A stretch of 64,000 nt of DNA, taken from Klebsormidium nitens (taxonomy: Eukaryota; Plantae; Klebsormidiophyceae). This document shows, piece by piece, positions 36,601 through 48,769 of the stretch. The translations under genes and the position numbers were made by a program. The notes under the pieces are model-generated. The model was given only the letters and a program-made list of their open reading frames with translations. It did no database searches and was not told where the DNA came from. The stretch spans positions 62,001-126,000 of the forward strand of contig DF237073.1 in NCBI GenBank assembly GCA_000708835.1. Reading direction: 5' to 3'. The stretch's first letter is position 1. The number at the start of each line of letters is the position of its first letter.

Positions 36601-39600
36601 ATCGTCATCCAAGCCCCCCCTGCCGGCGTGGCAAAGCGGGCCGGCGGGGCCGTCGAGCAACGGGGGGAGCAGCGCATCAACGTCGAGCGGGCTGCCAGCC
36701 GACGGGGGCGCTGCAGCGGAAGCGGAACGGCGGCGGCAGCAGAGCGAGCGGGACCGGGAGGCGGCGCGGGTGAGGGAGGAGGAGGCGCGGGCGGCGGCGG
36801 AACGGCAGGCGCGGGCGGAGGCGAAGATGCGGGCGGCAGCGGCGGAGGAAGAAGGTGAGGGGGGAGTGTGCGGTGGCATCTGCTACCGTTCAGCGGAAGA
36901 GTACTAGCGAATCTCGTTGTTGACAGGATCAATTTCACGGATCCTGAGGCTGAGATGTACCATTCAAACATTCACAAAGGAGGTAGTTTCAGTTCACTGC
37001 TGTGAACGGGGTTATTGTGTTCCTACTGGACTTCTACCTTGCTGCAGCAAATATGAGTCCGATAAGCAGGCGCTCGTGCTCTGCGTGGAAAACAGACCGA
37101 ATACCTGCTTTGCAGGTCTTCTTTGCTCGTGCATCTGTTCTGAAGAGTCGGCAACGGGGATGCTGGATTGCAATTTCGTAGTTGGAGAAACGACATGCAG
37201 AATGAGACAGGACCTTTTTTCAAAGGCGTCATCTGCGATCAAAACCTGGACCTGTTGGGTCCTCGCGTTTTCATGTTGTCCTTTTCAAGCCGTTCGGTGA
37301 AAGTCCGCCAATCCTCTCGAAACGACGGTGCCTGAGCGGCGAGCTATTATCGATTCGTGCTTGTGCCGATTGTAGAAAACATTTGATTACCCATCTTTAT
37401 TTGTCGATTTTTACAGAGCGTCGGAGGCTGGAGGAGGCCGCGGTCGAGCGGCGCCGGGCCGAGGAGCGCGCGGAGCGGGAGCGCCAGGTCCTGGAGAAGC
37501 TCAAGAAGGTCAGTGTGAACGGGCCCTCGGCGAACGGCGCCTCCGAGCCGAGCTCTTCGAGCGGTGTGAACGGACCGAAGAGCGCGGAATGGGAGCGCGA
37601 GGCGAATGCGCGCGCGGAAACGGAGCAGGCACAGCTGAAGGAGGAGCGCATGCGGCTGTTCGACGGGAGCCGGCCGCTCGAGGTGGCGGTCAAGGAGACG
37701 GTGCAGAAGAACCTGGAGCTGTGCGCGGCGGCCATCAGTCATGTGAGTAATGGCGGAGGGGTTGGTAGATTGAATCTCCCGTTGACTTTCTACTTGTTTC
37801 GAGTGCGCTTAGGAAGAGACGAGAGGTCTTTGTGGGGCCGGTTATAGTCCTTCTTGTAGTCGTAGCATTCAGGCTACGAGTGAACGTGCTGACCGGATGA
37901 CTGCTGTGTGGGAGTCCGGTTCTGCTGATCAGTACCCTCAGGGCGTCGTAGAGCCTTCATAAAAGGTGTATCGATTTGTGGAGATTCTTTGACTTGTTTA
38001 GAATAAGAACAGGTTGATCAAAGCCGCTGCCCTGTTCTCAACAGCATACCGTATCACCACTTTCTTAAAAATTGTATCCGATGATTCTCTGAGTGAACCT
38101 GGTACTGTGGTGCAGATGCGGCAGGAGGCGCTGAAGAGCAAGAAGCTGGCGGAGGAGATGACGTCAGGTGACGCGCAGATGCAAGAGCTGAAGGAGGTCC
38201 GAGCGGAGAACCAGCGGTTGGCGCGGTCGCAGGTAAGCCACCTGGGGTGCGGTTTACCTTAAGACTCGGATCGGAGCTTCGGAAGGATGCGAAACCTGCG
38301 AATCTGTGGGTTGGGCGTTCCATGACCGCTTCAATTTGATTGATCTGACTAAACTTCGCGGCTGTTCGAAGGCGGCGATGAGCACTGATCTTAACTGGTC
38401 TTCTTGCCTGACCAGTCCTCTTTGTTCGTTGACCAGCTCATCACCGTCGAGGTCATCCTTGGAAACGGACAGTCGAAAGTCTCTGTTCTGACATGCGCAC
38501 CTCGCACCGCCGCGAGAACTCACATCCTTATCCGCTTCTCCGCCTGGCGCAGACGGTCATGCAGCGGCGAATGGACGAGCTCCAGGCGCAGATGGACACC
38601 CTGCGGCAGAGCGTCGTGGACCTCCTCTCCGGCGGCCACGTGGCAGGCAGCCCCGCGCCGTCCCCCGTGCGCCCGCGCCCGCAGGAGGTGTATCTCATGG
38701 GCGGTTTCAACGGCACGGAGTGGTTGGGTTCGGTGGACCGTTACCGGCCGTCCCGGGACGAGTGGGAGGTGGTCGCGCCGATGTCCGCGAAGCGCTCGTA
38801 CGCGGCGTCGGCGGTGCTCGACGGGATGGTGTACGTGTTCGGAGGCGGGGAGGGCCAGCTGTGGTACGACACGGGTGAGGGTCGGAGGACTTCTTTTGGG
38901 CCTTGTTGCGAAGTGCAGCATATGGAATAGGGGGTTTCTTGCTTTTGTTTCGGCAAAGCGGAAAGAGAGTACCGTCGTCTGGCGAAGTGAGATGCGTATA
39001 CTCAGAATGAAAGTACGATCCCGAAGGGAAGCTGAGATTGTTCCAAAAATCGAAGTTGCTGCGCCGCTTCAAGGACCCCATTCACTGTCTCTACGTCAAG
39101 CAGACCCCAAACTTTCCATCTCAAAATTAACGGTTTTGAGATACACGTTACTTTTTGAGAGCACCTCTCATCGCCCAGTGTTTCGTGTGAGCCTGCAAAC
39201 TCCGCTACAATTGCAGCGATTCATACCCTCTCTGGCACCGTTCAAGCTGGTAATCTTTCTCTTCAAACCCACCAAGACCCGGTTACCAGATTCGCGGATC
39301 TTAATGTGCTGCTCCACTGCAGTTGAACGGTACGACCGTGCCAGCAACTCGTGGGCGACCCTCTCGAAGATGAAGATCAAGCGGGGCAGCCTTGGGGGCG
39401 CCGCCGTGCAGGGCAAGATCTACGCTGTCGGGGGGGGCAACGGTGTCAACAACTTTGCTGACGTGGAAATGTACGACCCCGGCGCTGACAAGTGGCTCTC
39501 CGCGCCCCCCATGCTCGACAAGGTGCGTGACCAGCGGTCGCTTTTGCGTTTCCGAAGAGTGCTGGTTGCGAAGAGGAGAACGTGGGCTCGGAAGCCCTCC

Positions 39601-42030
39601 CCCTTGCTCAGCGCCCCTTCGATTCACGGTCGACAGTTTCTATTCGACCCACTGTTCTGGGAAAGGAGAACGTGGGCTTTTGAAAAGCCTCCCACTGTTC
39701 TCAGTGCCCGTTCAATCGGGAGCTGAGCTTGGGGAATCGTTGCAGGCGTGTAGATGCCGTGGACGGTAGCTACTACTGGTTCCATAAGACCGAGTCTTTC
39801 CTCCCCGGCTTTTTCAAGTTACTCTTCTACTGCATCCGCCTCGAGGGTGACATCTGGAGAGCACGAAGAGCTACCCTTTTGCCGGATGTTCGTGAACATG
39901 AACGGACAGTCTGCCTTATAATCTCTACCATTTTGCGTGTGTCGCATTGCATATCCAAGTGACGTGGTTGCACGGTCTGCTTGCAGCGCTTCTGTGTGGC
40001 GGCCGCGGAGATGCACAACTCGCTGTACGCGCTCGGAGGCTTCGACGGGCAGCAATACCTCCCGTAAGGCGCCTGCAGCTTGTGCTCGTAAATCCGATTG
40101 TACAATCTTAGCGCCTCGTTTCTGTCAGTTTCGTGGCCGCCTTAGCTGTCTCCCGCGTGCCGAGTCCTGCGCCGCAGCCATTGTTCTACTTGAGTAATTC
40201 CGAACAGTTTTGGCCGTTGTCTGTGTGAGACACTTTCTAGGCTAGCTGCGTAGGAAAGACCTCCTTAGTACTAAGCTTGATCATTTTTGACGCGCTGTGT
40301 TACGCTGGCTACTTGATTGCTTCGCATGTTCGGTTGTATTAATCTTCGTTCACAACCCTCCACCCTCGAGCGGCTATATTCCTGAGACGTCGAGTATTTT
40401 AATGTTTCTCGTGTAAGCACGTCTTTCAACGTTTACTATCCTCTTCGCAGGACCATGGAGCGGTTCGATCCTCGCGAGGGCTACTGGGTGCGCGCTCCGT
40501 CCATGTCGACCAAGCGGGGGAGCCTGTCCGCTGCAGTGTACAACAACAGCCTGTAAGCTGCGCGCTCCCTCTTTCTGCTGCAATTGCGAGGTTTCCACGA
40601 ACTGACGCCTGACAAACTTTCCGGGTGCTGGTGCTCCTGGTGGTCCTCTCTCTGCTCTTTTCTGGAGCAGAATTGGTTCAAGTTTCGTTGTTGCGTTTCG
40701 TCATGCGATCGCCAGAAGTGATCACTTAGTGTGGACTTTTGAGCGGTTCACTCAGCGGATCTGGTTGCTGTCTTCGACAGGTTCGCCTTGGGAGGCTTCG
40801 ACGGGAACGTGTTCTTGAATACTGTGGAGACGTACGAGCCGCGCATGAACAAGTGGAAGCTGGTGAGTGGCCAAGGGTATATTGTCTTTACAACGTCGAG
40901 GGAGACGACTCAGATCAGATTAGTTCTTTCGATGCACTGGCGGTAGGCAGCCGAAGCTTTGACAGCCCTCTTGATTACATGGTGTGTCCTCTTCGTTCAA
41001 CATCAATCTGTCCCCGGGACTAGCTTCCCGCTTCATCGTCCGTCTCTTTTCTGTTTGCTTTTTAAAGAGGATCCGTTCGCTTTCTCATTGATTCAAAAGA
41101 GTGCCCAGCGGTTTCATGTCGCGAAACTGGATGCTTACGGACTTGACGACTCGACTTCTGGGTCCACTTCTTCCAATTGACTGTTACGATAATATTGGCT
41201 GATGCTGAGAGGCGATTGGCTGATCCTAAAGCAGACGTCCGGGAAGCAGCTCCTGTACTCGTGTGGGTAGTCATAGACGGAAGGAGGGGAGACTGCTTGA
41301 CAACAGAACTTCGTGTCGGAGGGAGGGTGGATCTTTGAGGAGCTTCCATCTTCGACCTAGTGGTTCCTTGTAAGGTATTTCAATAACCGTTAAGGAAATC
41401 GCAGCGAATCTATAGGAACTTCTTTAAACCGTTCGAGTCTTGGCACTAGGCTGGCCCACTCACTTGTTGCAAGAACTGGAGGCTTCCGACCGGTGCTGAC
41501 ACCAGTCGCCACTCCTTTTCGCTCCTTCAGGTCCCTCCTATGCACACGCAGCGTGCCTACGGCGCGTCGATGGTCGTCGACAACGCGCTCTACTTCATCG
41601 GCGGCCTCGACGGAGCACTGCACGTGGATTCGGTAAGCGCTCGCCGCTAATTACGTTCCACATGCTTCTCCGGGTACACATCCTCACCAACGGTCTTTTG
41701 GTCGGTTCTTTCGACTTGCTGGTGTGGACTACAAACCAAATTTTTGTTCTGCCGTTTGTGCCACAGAAGCTTTGTTCCTGTCTGCGTGCCGCCTGGCGCC
41801 GCTCTTTGCTGTCACTCACTCTTTACGCCGTTTTCCGAGATTTTTCGGAAGCCGTTTGATTCATTTTCAAGGCGGATAACCATTTGTGGCGATGCACTGC
41901 TTGCATTTGATCAATTTGTCCGTTCTTCTTGCCACAGGTGGAGCGGTATACGCCCGAGGCGGGGTGGCAAGTTGTGAAGACGCGGAGCAACTCCAGCAAA
42001 CGAAGCTTCCTGGCCGTCGCCGTCTTGTAG
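33633..42030 (+). CDS. DCD (development and cell death) domain + coiled coil + six Kelch repeats; exons begin at 33633, 34858, 36010, 36473, 37417, 38116, 38553, ~39324, ~39987, ~40451, ~40781, ~41532, ~41939
   Basis: DCD motifs LGGVIFG...ECL...FGLP, GMPLFLFNYSDRKLHGIFEA, YPAQVRV, FELT; Kelch units VYLMGGFNG, VYVFGGG, IYAVGGG, LYALGGFDG, FALGGFDG, LYFIGGLDG with ERYD/W motifs; phases consistent with one GC-AG intron at 35040. Confidence 0.93.
35323..35515 (+). pseudogene. Frameshifted fragment of a ZIF/ZIFL-like MFS transporter inside DCD-Kelch intron 2
   Basis: SAILLLAWGLGSIIGPVVGG, then a 1-nt shift near 35393, then MFARPRDTWNLG...LLRRCPYLLPCTLGSAVSLFA; matches the AWGxGxIIGPxxGGxxAxP...PYxLPC signature of this MFS family; GC-rich island within the intron. 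Confidence 0.75.
39572..39715. repeat. Two-copy ~90-nt intronic tandem repeat
   Basis: aggagaacgtgggctcggaagccctccccttgctcagcgcccc versus aggagaacgtgggcttttgaaaagcctcccactgttctcagtgccc. Confidence 0.75.
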
Positions 42031-43302
42031 ACCGTTGCTAGAGCTCTCTGATACATGTTCGAACGCGCTGTTCGGGAATGGTGTATGAGTCCAAAGATAC
42101 GAAGAATATCTCTTGTAACTCGTCCACGTAGGTAGGGTGTTTCTGGAACAGAGCTGCTTTGCGCTAAAGTGGCACCGCCTTGTTGAACCCGAAACTCCAC
42201 CTGGTGTTTGTGCGTGTAGATGCCGGATGTTGAATGCACGAGAATGATCATTGTGTCTGTGTGGCAGCTCGATGGACTGCCTTGATTCCAGTGGCTCGCG
42301 ATTTCCTCCTGATGTACCTCACTTTCGGCTCGTCCTGCGAAGCTGCGCCTTATTGCAGACATGAGGTGGATTGCAGTGCCAGCTTCACTTGTCGACTGCC
42401 TTAAATTTGGATGAGGGCGCCGCCGCTTAGAAGCGTTACATCTGTCGAATGATTGTGTTCGAGATGAACGCCGCATCTATTTATCCTGTGCATTTGACCG
42501 CACGGTCCTGATTCACTTCGATCAAGCTAGAAGCTATATGCGAGCTCTCCGAAACGAGTTTCGTCATGGACAAGGTGCATGTCGGCAAGCTTTTCAAGCG
42601 TTTGCACCACCATTATATTCATGCAAACCTAAAATCCTGCAGCGATCATGCACAATGTTGATTCGATATTGCATGCAGATAAAAAGCTGTTCTAACAGCT
42701 ATACCCCGACCAGCACGTTGCAATATCATGCTGTTGCAATGCGATATGAGCGGGACCACCTGCGATAAAGTACTCATCGAATACATATACACCTGGGCAA
42801 ATATCTGGTCAGGCTCTGCGTACACCTTGTGATATAGCAACCCAGCTCCTCATGCCTGGCGATCTACGTTCGCGAAGGCCGGGATGATTCAGTGCGTTGA
42901 TGGCCTTTCGTTCTTCGAAGCACACACAGGCGCACTTGATGATTACGCCCTGATCAACAGGCGCGCAGCACTTTGAGTATTGACGTTCCGGTGATTGACA
43001 TCGCTTACGGATGTGGGTCGCGCCTGTGAGACTATACGACGACTCACAGACTTCGACTCTAGACATTACTGGGCACCTCCGCTAGGTAGCCCGCTACCGC
43101 TGAATGCTGAATTCAGCTAAAGTCTCGCTCCTGGTGACATAAAGAAGGTTCGACCGCGGGGCCAGAGATCGTTTTGCTCCACATGCTTGTTGCTGCTCAC
43201 AGCGGAACCCTAGAGAAAACAGCAGCGCACTTGCTCTTCTCAGCCCTGAACACGTACCGGTTGTTATTCTTGTCGCTCTCAACGCAGAAGGGGCGCCAAA
43301 GC

Positions 43303-45074
43303 ATGGGGTCCTCAGATGTAGCGCCCGCGGAAGGAGAAGCCAGCATGCCGAAGGACTTGTCGCTGGCAATCTCCGTGCAGCAGAATCTCAAGCTGTGTGC
43401 CGCAGCAGTTGGTCAGGTGCGCGTACAGCTCTCTGAGGCGCGAAGCACAGGATGATACAAAGAGGAACCTTTTGCAGCGGAGCTGGGTCTCCGTAGCTTG
43501 CCTCTCTGTTCCCTTACACCTTTCAATGGATCTCAGGCACGGTCGCAGATTGAAGACCGTTGTGCGCATGAGAGCTGAAAAGATCAACCGCGTTGTCCTT
43601 TTGAAACTCAGATTGGATTTGGCTCTCACCTCTGTTCAAAATGCAGATGTCTCTGTCCTATTTTAGCGCTTTGATACTGGTGTTAAAAGAATCTGCGAGG
43701 GACAGAAGATGGACTTGTATCATTTCTGAAACAGGATCATGCTTGACATGAGACTTGTGTTCTAAGGAATTCTGACCAGAGCATCCTCGTGCATGCCACA
43801 TCTTACAAAGGAGGAGTTGTCCAAGCGTGCCAAATGCATAATCAGCGGCAGTAAAAGCAAACGGATCTGGGGCACTATTGCCTGGAACGACATAAAACTG
43901 ACTCTGTATATGAAGAGAAGTTGCTTCTTGGAACCAGGCTGAATCGCAATCTTGAATGGTGTGCGCCTAATTGGTTGAAGGGCATACTCTTCAACCCTAA
44001 TCAAGAGTTCTCCTAGCAGACCTCGTTCCTTGTATAAACCACGTTACTGCTTTCAACCACGCTCAATCACTTGGAAATCTCAACGAAGGTGTGCGCTTAA
44101 TGACAGGGCTCAGTCTTGACAAGGGCTTCGTCCTGCGCATCTTTTGCAGATGCGGCAGGAGGCGATCGCGCACCGCAAGCTGGCGGACGGGATGCCCTCG
44201 CGAGCGCACGAGCTGCGCGAGGCTCAGGCGGAAAACGAGCGGCTTAAGAGGATACATGTGAGAACACAGTTCTGAGTGCCCTTCAGAAGCCCAGACTATC
44301 TTGACTCAGAAACTGAGTCCAGGATGGACGTGGGCGCTTTTCCCGATCCGGGAAGCCACTCAAAAGAGACGATGAACCAGAGTCACCGTAGTGCTTGCCG
44401 AGAAGCGTTGAGCAGGTTCGGCACTTCTTCATGATTTGTGGGCTCGAACCATGAATCATCTCATCTTTTGAGGAAACCGTCGGAACAGCTCAATCTCTGA
44501 CAGCGCGTCATTCGGAACTTTGAGACCTCAGATTTACGACAGTTACAGCACTTGGAGACCTCAGATTTACGAAGTTACAGCGATTGAGTGGCAATGCTCA
44601 AGAAATCGCTCGTGAGGCGCATGAAGAACACGATGATCGTAGCTTGACCGAGCAGAGCAAGCACCTCTCTTCATTGTCGCTGACGTTGAATCCATGTCGC
44701 AGAGATCCCAACGGCTACATTTAACGCCTGACCTGCTGTCTCCTATATTGACAGCCTTTTCCAGAAGTTCGCCCTGAAGCTCGTCTCTGCTGGTAGAACT
44801 CGCGTACGAGTTGCTCTCCAGACGTTTGCGCTGCGCACACTGGCTCTCCAACAGGACGGTAGCAGTATGGTTCGATTCTGACCTGACAACCGAAACAGAA
44901 TATTCTGCTCTGATTGTGCAGTAAGGTCGTCCGTCGTCTTGACAACCCGTTGTCTTCTTGCAGGACGCGACGCGTTGCCGGTTGCAGACGATGCAGGAGG
45001 AGATGGAGGAGCTTCAGCAGTTGACTCGGCTCCTGATCGCCTCGCGAACTGGCCAGGCGGGAGCAGAGTACTAG
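43303..45074 (+). CDS. Truncated coiled-coil-only paralog of the upstream DCD-Kelch gene; exons 43303-43416, 44150-44257, 44964-45074; 110 aa
   Basis: SVQQNLKLCAAAVGQ|MRQEAIAHRKLADGM...AENERLKRIH|DATRCRLQTMQEEMEELQQL aligns to TVQKNLELCAAAISH|MRQEALKSKKLAEEM...AENQRLARSQ|TVMQRRMDELQAQMDTLRQ; both phase-0 introns conserved; no stops or frameshifts. Confidence 0.75.
44517..44581. repeat. 33-nt tandem duplication in an intron
   Basis: actttgagacctcagatttacgacagttacagc followed by acttggagacctcagatttacgaagttacagc. Confidence 0.9.
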
Positions 45075-45619
45075 AGGACTGTTGAAATTAGCAGTCCAAG
45101 GAGCCTCATCCTTTATCCTTTGGGCCTGTACGTGCTCTTTGAAACGACAGCCATCTCACTCGATCAACCGTAAGTGGTCGGACGCAGGTGCTCTAAGGTC
45201 ATGATCGTTGCACTCAACCGGACCGCGTATAATCAAAGCTGGACGCAAGCTAACAGATGCGGACCACGCCATGCGTAATATATATACGCAACAACCGCGG
45301 GTTGTTTAAGCATTTTGATCCGGATTTGTGGATATACGAGCCAGTGTGGCATATGCGCGAGGACGCCACGGCATCATTTGTCCATACCCCATAGCCTACG
45401 CGCAAGTTCCCATTCCGATTCCACAAGATATTTTTCGTGCATGAGCGGCATGCATAAGGATATTTCCAAAGGTGCGAGCGAATACTAAGAGCAAGCATTT
45501 GACAAGCAAAGTGCGTGGGCAGTCGCAAATTTGCGTGCAGTCGCTTGCATCCTAGTCATTCACGGACCAGACCAGTTTTAAGCAAAAAGTCAACTCTCTA
45601 CTTGCGCGTTCACAGACAA

Positions 45620-47945
45620 TCAGAGTTCCCTGGTGTCTAGCTGTTCTTGCGTTCTCAGATCTTCCGGACAGACTGTATCCCAGGGGTACGGAAAACTCAG
45701 GGTCGCCGCGTCATGAGGGGTGTCCCACGTATCGTAGATGTACCTGCAAACAAGGAAAAAAAGGTGACGTCAGGCTGGCCTGCTTTTGCAGAAGGCACGA
45801 ACGTAGTTCGGTCCCATACTAACGTGAACATTCTTCAAACGAGCGCTGCACTACAGCCCTGTGCAGATTCGCAGCCGAAGGCCCCTTTCTGCTGTCCAAC
45901 TCGGCAATCGTTCGGGCGACCGTGCTCCATGCATAGGCTTTCAAGCGCCTAGTCGACGGCGCGAAGCCAAGAGAACACAGTTTTATGCAAGCACTTCAAC
46001 CACTGAAGATTCTGAAGCACTCACACTCTGATGGGCGGCTTGGATATGATGACAAGCACCGTCAAAGCCTCAGTCGGATGCAGATTCCGCACCTGCAGAA
46101 CATGAGTTGAATTAGCCTTGGCCAGATCATGAATAATTTCGGGGAATCTGGAATTTTCAGTCAACTCATGTGCAACCTGGCTTCATACATTGTCCAAAAC
46201 TCCTGAGAAGTGAAACAGACAGAAATAAGCGTCGCTTTCAACGGTTCTCGTGTCACTGGAGTGGTTTGCTTTTGATGGTTCAAAGCGATTCACAATAGCA
46301 ATCGCCATACCTTTGGGGATGGAGTTGCTGGAGTTTCGATGATGGAAAGACTTCTAAACGGTTGGGAACAAGCGGGGTGGCTTGACACGAGCTTCGCTAG
46401 GTGGATTGAAAACCAGCGGTTCTTCAGCGTTTCTTAGATGCAGTTTCTTAACAGAAGAAGCTCGAACAATCGGTTGTCCCAATTCAGGCTTTGCAGACTC
46501 GGCATTCCGTGGACGATACCAACGGAGTCGCTGCACTTGTGGTGCCCAGCAACCAAAAGCTCACCGTCTCCCTCCGAAAACCAGAAACCTGAGCAACTTT
46601 TCGAGTGGACGCCTTCCCTCTGATCGGAAGCAAAGCACGGGATCCGCAATAAAAGCGCGAGGAGCCCACATATAAGCTCTGGTACCCACCTGATGAACCG
46701 CATTGAGGGGGATCCGAAAGGTACTGTTGGCGGCCGCCCGGCTCCCAACCCGCGGCCCCGGCCTACCGCTCTCCTTTTCCCCGTCTACCTCCGCACGAAG
46801 GTACGCGGCTTCGCCTGCCTGGACGATAAAGACTTCCTCGCAGTCGTGGCGATGGATGGGCGTTCCCGACCCGGGTGCAAAAGTTTGCAGCCAGACTTCC
46901 AACTGCGCCGAGGGGTGAACATCTTAGGTTAAGGCCATAGAATGGTTGACGCCATGGGTTTGAGGGCGGAGTAGTGTCGCCATGGGTCTGAAGGTGATCG
47001 TTAGAGCACCCATGCTAGCGTTAATTTATAGTCAGCCGTCCGCCCATCCCTGACAATACCCTCTAGACGCTTATCCAGGAAAAGTCTGGGGGGCAAAGAT
47101 AATGAATGGTCTGACCGGAACAAACGCAGTATTCTGCAAGCTGCCCTAAGGTAAGACTTTGTGCCCGCACAATCTGGAGCAGGTTTGCGTCAGCTCTGGA
47201 CTCGTGTTGGAAAACAATTTTAAATACGGAAAGCCACTAAGTCCCGGATTGCATGTAGATTTCTCAGCTTGGCTGTCCATCTCTTGGCCTGGCTGGTCCA
47301 TTTCCTGCTATTAAAACTTCTCGTTTCATGTACCTGTCGATCGGCAGGGCTAGACCCAAAACAACCATAATAGTGAGGCACACCTCTTTCATGCTGTGAT
47401 GCTTCGCCCCCCATATCGTCATGTGCGAGAGGCCGGGCCGCCCGTAGTTGTGCTGAGGCATCTCCCCCAACTTCTGAACGTGGGGCGCTGTAAAGAAGGG
47501 GTACAGTGAGAGACTCGATCAGATGTTTCAACTGGGACTTGACGGTCAACTCCAGCATGGGGGAAAGTACATAGCGGGGAGAAAGAAATGCTTTGCAGTG
47601 CTGTATACAATGTTCTGATGAATAGTAGTATGAGGCGGGGCGCGTAAAAATGAAGCCTCATAGAAAAAGGTTTGAAACCTAGCAAAGCAATGCTAGGAAA
47701 AGCGCAAACCGGATGAAAACTTCGCAGAGGCTCGTTTTGTCCAAAATGGTGACACCAAGAGGGCATAAACCGATTTGAAGCGTCCGTGGCAACCTCATAC
47801 CACTTGCAAATCACTCACTTGCCCCTGCATCAGCGCACTCCTCCCAAGCATGGCTGTAAGACGACGCAGCCAAAAGCCAGGCTAGCAGCGCACATCTCCT
47901 GCTCCAATGTAACCCAATGCTACCGTGCCCTGCTGAAATTGGCAT
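45620..47945 (-). CDS. ABP1: Auxin-binding protein 1 (cupin); exons 47819-47945, 47384-47487, 46690-46902, 46025-46092, 45620-45743; 211 aa
   Basis: Signal-peptide-like exon 1 with Cys; PQHNYGRPGLSHMT, EVWLQTFAPGSGTPIHRHDCEEVF, NSTFRIPLNAVHQV, VIISKPP, FPYPWDTVC; C-terminus DTREL*. Confidence 0.95.
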
Positions 47946-48157
47946 CTTCCAGGCCCAATGTACTACTTTTCAGTGATTCGGAGCTCTCGCAACCCTTGAT
48001 TACCCCGCTCTACTTGCAGCATTATGGCGAACTAAAGTCCCCGCGGGTTGGCAATGCGCTGTGGACACTGCCCTTGCGACTTGAACTTTGAAAAATCTAT
48101 CGGCGCTTCCTATGCCTCCCTATGCTGCTACCATGAGTGTCACAAATGGTCGTAGCG

Positions 48158-48769
48158 CTACTCTTCTTTGATAACCCGTTCGACCGCCGACTGCCGGAGC
48201 TTTGCCTGCTGCTGCTCGTACTTGTGCTTTTCCCACAGGAGGGACCCCATGATGACCACGAATAAAGTGGTGCCGACGGCAGCAACCTGCAAACAAAGCT
48301 TAGAAACGCTGGAGTAATCAGATTGTGCATTAATCTCAAGTTTTTCCGTCTCCAAAATCTGAGGTCCGATTAATGTAGAAGTAGGTAAGTTCAACTGAAA
48401 GTGGTGCCAAATACGAGATAGCAACTGAGGAACATAATGAGGACGATGAAGCACTCGAGCACTTCCGCCACATGTCCAATCACAACAAGTATCCAAACAG
48501 CGCAGGAGTATTGCAAGTTGGGTACACATAGGGGATTGCTCATTCCTCTACAACCAACAGTAGTGCAGTCCTCTGGCGAAATGAGTAGATTTGGCGCAGG
48601 GCTCTGAGGGAAATGTGAAAAGCTGCGACCAAATAGGAGACCCATATGAAAATTCTGGAAGCAGTCAATGCCGCACCATCATGTTTGGCTTCATATGGAG
48701 CTCCGGGTTCATCATTTTGAAGATGGGAGAGTTGCGCCGCCCCTGCGGATCATCTCTTGGGTTCCACAT
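48158..48769 (-). CDS. SMIM8: SMIM8/DUF4500-like small single-pass membrane protein; exons 48677-48769 and 48158-48286; 73 aa
   Basis: Spliced product MWNPRDDPQGRRNSPIFKMMNPELHMKPNMM|VAAVGTTLFVVIMGSLLWEKHKYEQQQAKLRQ...; the F-x3-NPEL-x2-KPN motif directly before a TM helix matches SMIM8 as recalled; phase-0 GT-AG intron. Confidence 0.7.

Noticed and set aside
38404-39726. 440-aa plus-strand ORF
   Set aside because: Chimeric: off-frame over one Kelch exon, through an intron, then in-frame with the next exon; explained by the spliced model.
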